Shown: positions 51,740-64,000 of the stretch, in pieces | How positions within the stretch are numbered: position 1 is the first letter of the stretch | Layout of the letters: each line of letters opens with the position of its first letter | Origin: Vicugna vicugna | Lineage: Eukaryota | Assembly (NCBI GenBank): GCA_013265495.1 | Contig: MU058198.1 | Span: forward strand, 3,670,419 to 3,734,418 | Length of the DNA: 64,000 nt | Reading direction: 5' to 3' | The notes under the pieces: model-generated | What the model was told of the DNA's origin: nothing | Database searches by the model: none | Seen by the model: only the letters and a program-made list of their open reading frames with translations | Made by a program: the position numbers and the translations under genes

Positions 51740-51995
51740 GGCCTCATGGGTATGTTGTATTTAGTCCTCGTGCTAAAAAAAAAAAAAAATTAGTTGCCAA
51801 TATTTTCAAAATCAAGATGTTTCCCATAAAAATCTGGGCTTAGGAGGCAGCAAAGGAGAACAATTGAATAGTTAATCCCCCCTTTAGACAGGACATGGAT
51901 TTTTATGTTTGCCACAGTCCTCACGAGTCCCTATCGCTTTACATCTGCCCCGCTTTACGCAGTTATATGACTTGACAGGCCCCACGGGCACTAAG
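51740..51995. mobile_element. MER102-like hAT-Charlie fragment
   Basis: gttgccaatatttt...cataaaaatctgg...cccctttagac...gtttgccacagtcc. Confidence 0.6.
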
Positions 51996-52598
51996 ATAGC
52001 TCTCACACTTTACCCAAAAGATATGAGTAATCTACTGTCAAAATATGACTTCTTAAGAAGATGTTTCTTTATTGGGATTGTTTATCAAGCCTGGCCACAG
52101 AAGTGCTGAGCGGAGAGGGTTGCTGTCATGGTCAGCTGCTGTATCTTCTTTGTTCTGGAGTTTTTGCTTTGTTCCCTGCTAAAGGAAAAAAAAAATCCTT
52201 GCCCAGTATTCCCAGCAAAGAGGATAGGTAAGTCCCCTTGGCAACAGTTTCTTTCACCATTAGCTGAGTAAAGGAGTCAGAAGAGATGGTCCAACTTGGC
52301 ATTAGAACTTCGGGAGGAGTAGTCATTAGGGGCTGCTCCTGTCTCTTTAAGGGAAACTGTCTCATTTCTGAATGGTCCCACTCTGGGCTTTTTCAGTTAC
52401 AAGTGAAAGACAATCAAAATCAAAACTGTAGTTTAGCAAGAAAGAGACTCCATCAAGGGGATCACACATCTTTGCCATCGTGATCCTTACAACTTTCTTG
52501 TCTCTCCTCCACATTTACCACAGGCTTTTATTGAAATACATACTGAGTGTCCACTCCATTCTAGTCACTAGAGATACATCAAGTGTAAGACAGACATA

Positions 52599-52763
52599 GG
52601 GGGAGTATGTAGCTCAGTGGTAGATCGCGTGCTTAGCATGCACAAGGTCCTGGGTTCAATCCCCAGTACCTCCATTAAATTAAAAAAAAAAACCCAAAAC
52701 TTAATTGCCTCCCCCCTACCTCAAAAAAAAAGAAAACAGCAAAAAAAAAAATCTTAAAATAAA
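52599..52763 (+). mobile_element. tRNA-Ala(AGC)-derived SINE, full length with TSD
   Basis: A box tagctcagtgg, anticodon arm gtgc-ttAGCat-gcac, B box ggttcaatccc, A-rich tail; direct repeats aagacagacat at 52587-52597 and 52764-52774. Confidence 0.93.
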
Positions 52764-55494
52764 AAGACAGACATGCCCTCACGGAACTTAGCTTCTACAA
52801 AGGGACGATAAACCTTGAAGAAATTATTCAAGTAACTAATGAAAGACAACGTGATATGATGGATGTGAAGAAGGCAGAAGCTGAGAGTATACAGAAAAAA
52901 GAAAAAAGAGAGGTGTGTTAAAGCACAGTTTGCAAATGGTTAAAGGCATCATCCTTATACAAATGATAATGAGCATTTGTCAGAGTTTTCCTTAGATTAT
53001 GAGTAGGGAAACTGAAAGATGAATGGATGATTCTGGAGGTTTGAGAAATCAGCAAATGTCTATTGCTCAGTCTGTCAGTAGACAAAGGAATGCTGAAATA
53101 ACTTGCCTGAGTTAGGGCAGTAAAATCAAAACCTCGGAGGTTATCTTACCTACCAGACTGAAGAACAGAGTCTCACCTCGGTTTTCTAAAAGTTAACGTC
53201 TATCTTTGCAGAGTTGGGAGACCATCTGTACCCTACTGGATTGTGAATAATAAATAATACCACGAGGAAGGAGAGAGCTAATTAGAAAATGCTCTAGCAT
53301 GACATTAAAAGGTCACACCGTCATCTTTGTGCCTTTCCCCTCCAAGTTTTGGATAATTTTTCTTGACATATGGTTGCTTCGACTTCGCAGGCTCCCGCTA
53401 TGGCTATTCTCAGATTGCTTGTTTCTTCCTCTTTAAATCAAGTGTAAAGAGGTTAAACAGAAAGAATATAGGATCCCCGGGGGGGGGGGCATCAGTGAGA
53501 CAGGAGAGAACATAATAATAATAGCTACCACTTACTGACTTGATGCCAGGCACCAGGCTGGGCTGATCACTTTCCAGGTGTCCTGGAGTCACATATTGAT
53601 TCAGCATTAATCATATATGCAGAAAAAATATAGTGCTTTATTTTCTATAATGGACCTAGACTTTCTTACGCAGTGGCCAAGGAGAAGGGGACCATCACTG
53701 CAAGTGGTGGCTTGTGGCCTTCACTGCTGCAGAGTGGCCGACCCTGCCTGGTCCCTGAACCAGTGCCCAAGGAGGCAGGATGAGTCCCACCCCCACCACT
53801 CTCCGAGCTATGGGGCATCCTTCTGGCTTTGTGCTGGCCTCCCAGGTCCTGGCTGTTGCCTCTGGTGGTGAGATCCCTCCACACACGACCCTCTTCTGTC
53901 TCACCCTGCAGGCCACTGCCAGGCCCAGCCCTGCTCAATACTTCTGTGACTCCTTATTTCTGAGTCTCCTGCGTGGAGATCCGGGAGTGAGTCTCAGATC
54001 CTTCCGTCTTCCAACCCCCCACTGCTGTGATGCTGTGGTCCTCCATGCGGGTCTCTGACCGGGGCTCCAGTGAGGAGGGGGCCAAGTCCCTCTGCTTTCA
54101 CCCTACCCTCACCTTCTTCCTTCCCATGGTTCTCCAGGCCCCAGAGGGCAGGGCCGCCTCCCACAAGGGCTACATCCTTCTTCCTGGGTGAGCGTCTGCC
54201 TTGTCTACTCCCCTGAAGCAAACAGCAGGGTACAGGGTGGACCGCATGTCTTGATGATAAGGGATGGTCCACCAGGAGTAAGTGCAAAAGCCTTTACACC
54301 TCCATCATCCTTGAGCTCTCCCAGCAGTTCTGGGTGCAGCATCATTCCCAGGATCAGACTAGCTGAGCGATGTGTGAGGAGCACACAGCTCCTAAGGGCC
54401 AGTCCTGGGGTTCGGGTCCACATCTCTGTGATGCCAGCACCTAAGCACCCACACGTCCCATTCGCCTTCCTGATGCGGAACTTGGTGGAGGTCTGGACTC
54501 TGGTAGTTGGCTCTTCCAACTGGCGGGATGCTTTGTGACCTCAGGTGAGTCCCTTCACCTCCTGTACCACAGCCTTCTCAGCAGGTATGATTCCATTCAT
54601 TGGGAATTACAGCCCTCCCCTCACCCCCATCTTCCTCTTAGGATAGTTGTAAAATCTGTGAAATAATAGTAGGGAGGGAACTTTTGCAAAATAAAAACCC
54701 TCTTCAGGTTCTGCAGATAAAAGTCCTCTTCATTTAGGACCAAGACATCTCTGACGTTGTCTTACCTTGAAATGTACCAAATTCTAGAAATCTGGGTTCC
54801 TGTCCCCATATGATCTTGGATGAGTCCCATTCCCTCTGTGAGACCCAGCTGCCCTGCCTGGAAGGGGCTGAGCTCTCCCAGCTATTCTGTTGCTATAATT
54901 TAAGACCATGTGGCAGAAACAGCAGAAGCAGCTTGGAAAGCTTCCAGAAGCTTCCAGATGTGGTGCCCCAGCCCCAGGCCTCTCATCTGCTGCTTCACCA
55001 CCAGTCCTGTGTCTGCTGTCAAATCCCCCTCTTTGTTTCTAATTTTGTTTATTTAAGCTATATTCTTTCTCTCCCCTTGTTTTTCAGAGATTCGTCTCCT
55101 TTACTTTTTTTTTTTTTTTCTTCAAAGAATGAGCTTTGGGATTTGTGTATCAATTCTGGGTTTCTGTTTTCTCCTCTGCTGTAGATCTGTTTCATGGTTG
55201 TCTTTGAATTTCAGTTGAATATTTTGCTAATTTATTTTTCTGTCTTAACTTACTCCACTATTTAAAAATAATGGACATGGATTGGAAGGAACAAGTATTT
55301 CCTCTGTTTTGATGTCACGTTGGAGCTTTTGTAGCTTACTCAAAGTCTGCCATTGTATTTTTAATTTTCTTTCTAACATGGTTTTATTTAGGCATGTTTT
55401 ATAGCCTCTAGTCTTAGCTTTTTGATTACATTTTTATTATTAATGTTAAACGACAGTGTTAGTGCTTTATAGCCGGAGAATATAGCCTGTGCAC

Positions 55495-55804
55495 TGTCCT
55501 TCCTTTCCTTCCTTCCTTCCTTCCTCTCTCTCTCCCTTCCTTTCTTTCTTCCTTTCTTTCTCCCTTCCTTCCTTCCTTCCTTCCTTCCTTCCTTCTTTCC
55601 TTCCTTCCTTCCTTCCTCTCTCTCTCTCTTCCTTTCTTCCTTCCTTCCTTCTTCCCTTCCTTCCTTCCTTTCTTCCTTCCTTCCTTCCTTCCTTCCTTCC
55701 TTCCTTTCTTTCTTTCTTTCTTTCTTTCCCTTTCTTTCTTTTTCTTTCTTTCTCTCTCTCTCTTTTTTCTTCCTTTCTTCTTTTTCCTTCCTTTTTTTTT
55801 TTTT
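55495..55804. repeat. About 310-nt polypyrimidine compound microsatellite (TTCC/TTTC/CT)
   Basis: Essentially purine-free tract. Confidence 0.95.
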
Positions 55805-56045
55805 AGTTTAGCTTAATGTACACTCAATGTTGCTAAATGTTCCATGGACAGTTCAATAAAAAGATTATATATCCTATTTGTAAGGTATATATTTCAACGT
55901 TTTATTTATTCCACCTTACTGTAAGGTCCAGCTCTCTTATGCTTTCAGTTTCTTTTTGTTTGCCTGATCTGTCCTAAATGTATACTGCTTGTTATGGTTC
56001 TCCCAGTAACGTAAAAAAAAAAGTTTTTCGTTTCTAATGTTTTTG

Positions 56046-56047
<2 letters not shown>

Positions 56048-56086
<39 letters not shown>

Positions 56087-56088
56087 TA
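56048..56088. repeat. (GT)n microsatellite
   Basis: Direct inspection. Confidence 0.95.
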
Positions 56089-56209
56089 TGGTGTCATTAT
56101 TGGCCATATAACTCTTCAAGACTGTTTTCAAAAATGACTTATTAAATTGATATAAACTCACATTTGTCACAGTTCATGCTTTTTGCCCATGCCTTTTCTA
56201 CGTTGCTGG

Positions 56210-56670
56210 CATGCACTCATTCCTTCAGGGAATATACGCAGTGAGTACCTGTGTGATGAGGAGACCCTAGAGAGCTGAAAACAGACAAGAATCTTTGCTG
56301 ATAAATGCTATAGAGAAAAGTGAGTGAGAAACAGGGACAGGGAATGCTGGAGGTGGTGGCGTTCTGATTTAATAGAGTACTCAGGAAAGGACTCACTGAA
56401 AAGGTGAGGACCTGATGAAGGTAAGGGAGTGAACTGTGTGGAGATCTAGGGAGAAATTATTCCAGACAGAGAGAATAGCAAGTGCAAAGGCCCTGAGGCA
56501 GGAGTGTTCCTGGCAAGTCTGAGGAGCAGTAAAGTGGCCCGTGTGGCTGGAGCTGGATCAGTAAGGTGGGGAGTCACAAGGGATGAAGACTGGCAGGATG
56601 AGGATTAGTTGGCAGATCCAGTGTGGGCCTTGTAAGGACTTTGTCTTCTGCCTTGAGGAAGCTGCAAACC
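56210..56670 (-). mobile_element. L2 LINE fragment
   Basis: attccagacagagagaatagcaagtgcaaaggccctgaggcagga. Confidence 0.8.
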
Positions 56671-57069
56671 CAAGGAATGAGGAGCTCTGTCTCCTTTGGT
56701 TGCAGAGTGGTAGGTACCTCTTGCCTAGTCAATCTTTGCCCATTCTTCCATGTTTATTTAATCTTTCTAAGTCCTCTGGGTTTGTGTAGCAAGTGCATGT
56801 TGTTGGATTTAAAAACAAAAACAAACTCATTCAGAAAGTCTTTTCCTTTTTCCCGTAAGGACATGTTTAACATATATGGTCTTAATTGCCACATTTGTAT
56901 ATGGTGTTTCTATTTCTAAAGTTTCATTTCTTTGCTATTTAATCTTTTCCTCTTCTTCTGAACAGACAAATAATTATCTTAAATCCTTGTTTCCTTAAAA
57001 TCATGTGTCTTTAAGCTTTCTTTTGGTATTACTAATAATGACATTTTGTTCTTATCACACAAACACAAA

Positions 57070-57270
57070 AATAAGTCTTTGGAATCAGACATCCTGAGTT
57101 AGAATTTCTGTTCCACCACTTCCCAGCTGTGTGCCCTTGGGCAAGTTACTTTGCCTCTCTGTGCCTTCTTTCCTCATTTGGCTATAATAGTGGTAATTAA
57201 GTCATAATATTAATTAATATAAGTGAAGTGCTCAGTGTCTGGTAAATACTAAGCACTCAGTATTAGATAT
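57070..57270 (+). mobile_element. MIR SINE
   Basis: ccacttcccagctgtgtgcccttgggcaagttactttgcctctctgtgcct. Confidence 0.85.
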
Positions 57271-57444
57271 TATTATTAATTGAGTAATTATTAGAAAAAT
57301 ATAAATAAGCAAACAGAGAAGATTATCAGAATCCCATTGTCCAGAGATAATAGCTATTGACAGTTTAAAATTTAGAATTTTTTTTCTCAGTCTGTGTGTG
57401 TATGTATGTGTGTGTCTGGAAAAAAAATGAAAAATTTTTAAATA

Positions 57445-57582
57445 TTTAATTTATTTTTTGTTTGGGGAGGAGATAATTAGGTTTATTAATTTACTTAATT
57501 TATTTTGATGGAGGTACTGGGGATTGAACCCAGGGTCTCATGCAGCTAAGCATACGCTCTACCTCTGAGCTATACCCTCCCC
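57445..57582 (-). mobile_element. tRNA-Ala-derived SINE
   Basis: ataattaggtttatt...tggaggtactggggattgaacccaggg...gctaagcatacgctctacctctgagctataccctcccc. Confidence 0.9.
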
Positions 57583-60057
57583 TTGCCCAAAACGAAGTCT
57601 TGCTGTCCGTACTGCTTGGCAGCCTGCATTTTCCACCTAACTGCATTTTGAACCCTCTTCCCTGCCATTTAGTAATCTTGGCCAACCTCATGTTTAATAG
57701 CTTCGTATAGTCCCTTCTTACAGATCTGCATCAACTTATACATTCTTTTTATAAGATGTACAGTGCTTACCTATATAAATAATTCTATAGTAAACATACT
57801 TAGAGTGAAACCTTTGTGCCTGGCTTTAATTTATTTCTTAATAAATTCCTAAGCCTGGAATCAATGACTTTGAGAACATATGCATTATTAAAGTGTTTGC
57901 CATAATGTTCTGGAACTTTTTTCAATCAATTTGCATTCTCACCAATGCTGTGTGAGACTTTTCACTTCACCCACGCTTGTCAACATCTGGTATTAGAAAT
58001 TTCAAAGATGATGCAAAGGTTGTACATATTTTGTTACTAATTATACCTATTTACACAATATACATCTATAATATGCATTAACACCCTTTTATTATTTTAT
58101 ACTGTACATATTATTATGTATACACCTGTTACTAATTATGTTGAATGTTTTTATTTGTATATTACCATTTTTTGTAATTATAATTGACTATGTCCCGTGT
58201 CTTGCCTATAATGTGCTTATTAGTTTAGAAAAACTTTTTATATAAGAAGGATAACGCTATGTCTTTGCTGAAATCTATGTTGCAATATTCCTCTCTTCTA
58301 TGTTGTAGGTTAATTTTGGTAATACGCATTTTTCTTTGTGTCATATAAAGCTTTCTGTTTGTCTCTAATTAATGTAATAAATATCAAACCAACTGCCAGA
58401 AAAAAATCCTCTAATTCACTAATTGTTTCCTCAATTATCCATCCTAGTGTTCATTGTCACCAGTGAATTTTAAAATTCAGTCATTTATTTTTCTTCTGAA
58501 AGTCTTTCCTAAGCTCAGATTGTTCGCCTTTCATAGATGCATCAGTCTCTCGAATATCACTAAAATGTGTTAGATAGTTTCTCGAATTTTCTCTTTTGGG
58601 AACAGTTCTGTTTCATGGGTGGTACTTAATTGGTTCCTCAGTGCTTCTCTTTATTTGAATGAGTTTTTCATGGGTACACCCTTATAGAAGGGAGAACACA
58701 GAAATGTTAGTGTCCCTGTTCTAATCTTTCAAATCCAGACGAAGGGAGAAAGGAGCCTTTTGCATTTTTTGGAATTCTTCTTTGTTGGATCGAGGTCTTG
58801 GTCCTGTAGAAGTTTAAGAGAGGGCTATTGCTGGAGACAGCTGCGTAACAGGCAGCCCTACTGCCTTGTGGCAGGGGCCCCCTGTTTGTTTTGTGCATCT
58901 TAAATGTAGAAGAGGCATCCTGGCCACGGCGAACATGAGGTGGAACACTGTGCTCTGACCCATGCCCCAGGTGCTGACCTGTCCCATACATCCTGAATAT
59001 GGATCAAAAATTGAATACACTCATCCAGTCCCTGGGTGTGTGATCCAGGTTGTTAGTGGGGTTCCCATTGAATGATTACAGCTGGTCAATTCCCACTGAT
59101 GTGTATTTTCCAAAGTGCAGGACCCCAAATGGCTTAGATAGTACATGGTTGGGGCATCAGCCATATTGAATTGCACCCAAAGCTGTTCTTTGGTCAGTGC
59201 GCCGTCAGTTCTTCAGGTTATGGCAAAGAGGAAGTCTAAGAGGGTGGATCCTTAATCCTCTTTAACCCTGCTGCTTGCTGATCTCTGATTTTAACCAGGA
59301 AGGCAAGCCCTAGTCTCAGAGCCTTTGGTAAGCAACGCTACCTACTTGGATTTGGGTAACTTTGATTTGCATATGCTTAATTTTTCACAGTTACATACTT
59401 TCTGCTGTAACAAGTGATACTGGCTTTCATTACAAGGAGGAGATAGAAAGTGTCCTTTTAAAGTGAATTTCTTTTTTTCTTTTCATAGACTTTCCTCTTT
59501 TAGAGCAGTTTCAGGTTCACAACAGAATTAAGCAGAAAATGCAGAGAGTTCACACATAGCCCTCCCCACCCACACATATATACTCTCCTCCCTTCAACAT
59601 CCCTCTTTCTTTATTTAAAAAAAGAGGAGTTAATGTTAATAGCATCCTGATTTCGGTGGCTATCTTTTCCCGAACATGGCTCCATGTTCTCTTACTATTA
59701 GTTCAATTTGAGGAACTTCCTGGAAGTCACTGCTGTGTGGATAGCACCCTTCTTGATTGATTTCCAGCAAAGATACAGATGTTCTCTGATTTTTGTATTT
59801 CTTTTGGTGATCTCAGTGGAAGTTTGGAAGACAAGCATTGAATATTAAATGTGGAGGCGTACAGGCTCAAATAGTCATCCCAGCTTTGAGTCACCTATCT
59901 TCCTATTTTTAGAAGCTGCTTAGGAAGATTTGTGAATGGAGAAAAAAAAACCTTGATGAAAATTGTGAATTTTGGTTAGGAAGCCTCTGGGAGTGAGGGA
60001 TTTCAGATTCTTTTTTTCCCCCTAGTGACTTGAATGCCTTTGGAATATCCCTCTTCC

Positions 60058-60186
60058 TTTTTGATTTCTTTTTTGGCAGGAGGAGCTAATTAGGTTTATT
60101 TATTTTCAGGAAAGGTACTGGGGATTGAACCCCGGACCTTGTGCATGCTAAGCATGCCCTCTACCACTTGAGCTATAACCTCCCCA
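60058..60186 (-). mobile_element. tRNA-Ala-derived SINE
   Basis: ctaattaggtttatt...aggtactggggattgaaccccggaccttgtgcatgctaagcatgccctctaccacttgagctataacctcccc. Confidence 0.9.
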
Positions 60187-60201
60187 CTAACACATTTTTA
60201 G

Positions 60202-60561
<360 letters not shown>

Positions 60562-61059
60562 TAAATGTCCCCTGCCTTGTGAAGTCATTCTTGCCTCCCT
60601 GTCCTCATTCAGATTTAGATATTTCCCTGAAAGTCTTTATTCACAGCCTACCTGGCTTGGACTAGAAAGTTAGTAAATGCTGAATGAAAGCAGTGGACAG
60701 AGTGGTGATATATTTTGGAAGCTGAGTCATCTAGGCCTGCTGAAGGTAGAGTCTGGATTTGAATCTATGACTGTGCTGGTGACTCCATGAAATACTCATG
60801 GGTATATCTTCCAAAGATGAAGAGCCCTTGATTCTGACCTTGAGCCACTGTGCTGTCTCTGCTTCTACTCCAGTTAAGCCCCTTCCCTTCTGTGGGACCA
60901 AATAAACCCCATTTTCCAGCATATGAGAGTAAGTAGCAGATTTGTAAGACACATCCCAGTTTTATAAAGAAAATGTTTTGGGGAAAATGGTTTTGAGTTC
61001 TTTCATTATATGTGTATTGAATGATTTTAAAGTGGTTTCATAAAGGAAAACACATTATT

Positions 61060-61570
61060 TTGTTCACACAAACAATATACTGAGTCTGATGGGAAATCAT
61101 CAATTCTAGATAAGCAATGATGGCCTTCTAACTCTGAAAAAATGTATAAAATAGCTAAAACAAAAAAGGTTATTGTCATCATTATTCATCAGGTAATCAC
61201 ACAAGCAAATGAAGACAAAATACAACTAGGTAAATTTTGGTGAAAGAGAGGTCTATGGTACTTTGAGAGAGGTCTAAGATGGAAATATAAACTTGTCTGA
61301 GTCATTGAGGAAACAACAATGGAAGTTAACCAAGTAAAGAGGGTAAAAGTGCATTCCATTCAGAGAAGACAGCATGTTCAAAGGCCCTGTGGTAGGGGTG
61401 TCATAAAGCAGCTATGTGAAGCTGAAAGAAGGCCAGAAGTGTAGGTAGAGCTCAGAGAGCACAGGATGAGTTCACAGTAAGGCTGGGAAGTCGGTGGGGG
61501 TCAGAGTAAAAGGACTGTGCTGGCCTTGGCAGGGGTTTTGGCATTCTTTCAAAGAGCCATGTCAGTGTGC
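61060..61570 (-). mobile_element. L2 LINE fragment
   Basis: gcattccattcagagaagacagcatgttcaaaggccctgtggtagg. Confidence 0.7.
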
Positions 61571-62599
61571 CCCTCAACTTGACAGAAATCATACTTGAGT
61601 GCTGACCCTTGTCTTGAGCCTGGGCCCTCCACAAAACCTGGACTCTGTTGATGGTTCTGACTCGGTGGGACTTCCCTTCCTGGAAACAAGTGGAATAAAC
61701 AGGTTGGCCTTGGGCTTATCAGTCATTCTCCAGTGAACCTGACCCCTGAGGCTTATCCTTACAAAGCCATTCTAGCCCCGGTGAGTTGATGAGAGGACCT
61801 TCTCTCCCAGTAGAGTCTAGAACTGGACACTGTTTGGTAAAAAGTAGGATAGGAGGGCAGGCCTTGCCAATAACATTCCATCTCCTTTCCTCAACTTTCT
61901 GATGGAGTGGTGTCCGTTTGCTGCTGAGTTAAAAATGCACGATTGTGGGTGAAAAAAACCTGGCCAGTGTTTTCTTGTATAAAATGAAGGCTCAGTTTTG
62001 CATAATGATTTCTTCTGTCTTAGGGCAGCCAGGGTGACATTTCAGAACACCCAGGAAAACATTTCCTACACGAACAGAGCATTTGTCTGGGCCAGTTATT
62101 GGCTTGAAGGAAAGGACTGTTTTATCTGCAGGCAACAAAATGTGTCCCTTTATTTCCCGCAAGAGCCTGCAAACGCTTGTTTATGCCTGAATGGTAATCG
62201 CTCCCTACCGTAGTTTGTTGATTAAAAAAATGTTTCCAAGAGACCGAAAATTGTTCTCAGACACATAGAGGAATTTCAGTTGACCTTGAACGTGAGAAAT
62301 GTAATCCCTGTGCAATCACCAATTAGCACCCAGAATGACTCAGAAATTACTTTCAAGCCTCTTATCCGGAGAAATTCTGAGTGACGGTGAAGTCGAGCTG
62401 CTGGAATTGAGGTAATAGAATTTCATGGTAGGGTGAGCTTGGTGAAGCTACCACACGTGGTACATTTCAGAATGTTGGCATTGGCTCTGTCTGGGGGCTT
62501 TTGTCTGACCGTGGCCTTGCCGATGGGCCAGGGAAGGGAAGACTCCATTTTGGATGGCTCAGAATGGGTTTTCTGGCAATCTTAGAATTTTTTAATTTA

Positions 62600-62780
62600 A
62601 TAAAATGCCAACTATGTGCCATTTATTGTTTTAAGTGCTTTAGAAATATTAACTCATTTAATTCAGTCCTCACAACCACCCTGACTGGTAGGTACCCTTA
62701 TGATCCGCCTTTCTCTTTTACAGAGGAGGAAACTGAGGCTCAGAGAGGTTAAGCAACTTTCTAACATCCCACAGCTGATC
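62600..62780 (-). mobile_element. MIR SINE fragment
   Basis: ttttacagaggaggaaactgaggctcagagaggttaagcaactt. Confidence 0.85.
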
Positions 62781-63259
62781 ATTGTCTTGCTTTGAGTTTC
62801 CCCAGAAACAGACTATAAGGATTCAAGTGCAGGGATCGCAGGAGGCATCTTTCTTAGAGTAGTGGAGAAGTGATGCAGGAAAAGGAAGGGAGCTGGGAAA
62901 ATGTGTATTATCAGGCAGGTTACCACTGGGGGCAGCTGGGGTTTAATTCTGCTTTAGGTGGGGTTTAATGCATGTCACAGGGTTTGCAGTCAGAGGGGCG
63001 GGAAGCTGACGTCTTGTCCACCAGCCTTCCTTCCATCACTGGCTGAGGGCTGCTTGCAGGGGAATCGAGCTGCCAGCACCTTCAGCTTGCCCTGCTGGTG
63101 GGCTGTGCTTGCTCCTGCAACCAGGAAAGGAGACTGCAGGCAGAGTCACATGTGGAAGCGGTAAGCAGCCCCAGGTGTAGAGAGGAGGGGGCCAGGGGTC
63201 TTGGCAGGATACCTGGGGCCACATCTGTGCAACGCAGCCTGCTTCCTTTGGGTAGTTCG

Positions 63260-63470
63260 AGAGCCAGCCTGCCTGGATTGGAATCCCAGCGCTGTCCCTA
63301 CCTTGCTGGGTGCTGAAGGCAACTTACTTTTTCTGAGTTTTGATTCCCCATCTGTAAAGTGAAGGTATGGTGGCGCTTCTGACCTCCTACGGTTGTGTGA
63401 GGAACAAATGAGATAATGCATTTAAAACAGTGTGTGGCACGTCCTATCATTCAGCTGTCAGGTTGTTGTT
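63260..63470 (+). mobile_element. MIR SINE fragment
   Basis: gccagcctgcctggattggaatccc...ccccatctgtaaagtg...ggttgtgtgaggaacaaatgagataatgca. Confidence 0.8.
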
Positions 63471-64000
63471 ATCATTATCAGCATCCCCCCTGACCCTCGG
63501 AATCAATAAAGCTCAGGACCTGCTCCTTCTGGGATTTTGGAAGGGCTGCTTGGGGGTTCGGGAGCATCTGTGGGGACTCCTCACCGATGGGGGGGGTCTC
63601 TGCCACCGCTGCTGGGTATTGGGAGCTCCTGGTAGGGATGGGGGTGACAGAGAAGTCCAGTCTAAGCCAGCACAGGCATTAATCATCTGAAATGGAGCCC
63701 TGGAGCCTGGCTGCAGAGGTGCCTTCACTCTCCCCAAGCACCGTCTGGAAAGAGGCAAGACTCTTTGCTCAGATGCGCGGCTCTCTTTGCTTTTCTCTTT
63801 GAGCGCTGAGTCCTCAGGCTCTAAATTGCAGACATGAAAAGGCCACCACTAGTGTACTTCTGTTTCTGAAGGCATATCCCACCCAGTGAGATAGAGGATC
63901 CTTTTAATGTGGGCTTCAGTTTAAACATGTCTTTGATGGAAGACCTAATCAGCATGAGACTGAGGGGGAGTCATGGGACATTCAGAGGGACACAGGACAG

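Noticed and set aside
52599..52674. Functional tRNA-Ala gene
   Set aside because: Has an A-rich tail, a TSD, a distorted acceptor stem and five sister copies sharing non-tRNA 3' sequence, so it is a SINE

Overview
Mammalian genomic DNA from the middle of a protein kinase C beta gene (PRKCB, + strand). Five internal coding exons with canonical AG/GT boundaries splice into one open frame: 4769-4880, 7342-7470, 50169-50325, 51572-51706 and 60297-60393. They encode the C1B zinc finger, the whole C2 domain and the start of the hinge (about residues 97-306, exons 4-8 by human numbering as recalled). The rest is intron, including one 42.7 kb intron, filled with old eutherian repeats (MIR, L2, L1M, MLT/ERVL LTRs, MER DNA transposons). 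Six copies of a young tRNA-Ala(AGC)-derived SINE, with no recognisable Alu, B1 or BovB, suggest a camelid genome (inference). I found no convincing new protein-coding gene or novel multi-gene system; the other ORFs in the track look like chance or low-complexity frames. The best leads are regulatory or structural: a tandem octamer pair, a perfect NF-kB site, two CTCF-like motifs, an antisense promoter-like array, in-frame read-through/intronic polyadenylation candidates, SINE-derived cryptic splice sites and a twin-priming L1 inversion. Repeat family names come from recalled consensus sequences and their boundaries are approximate.
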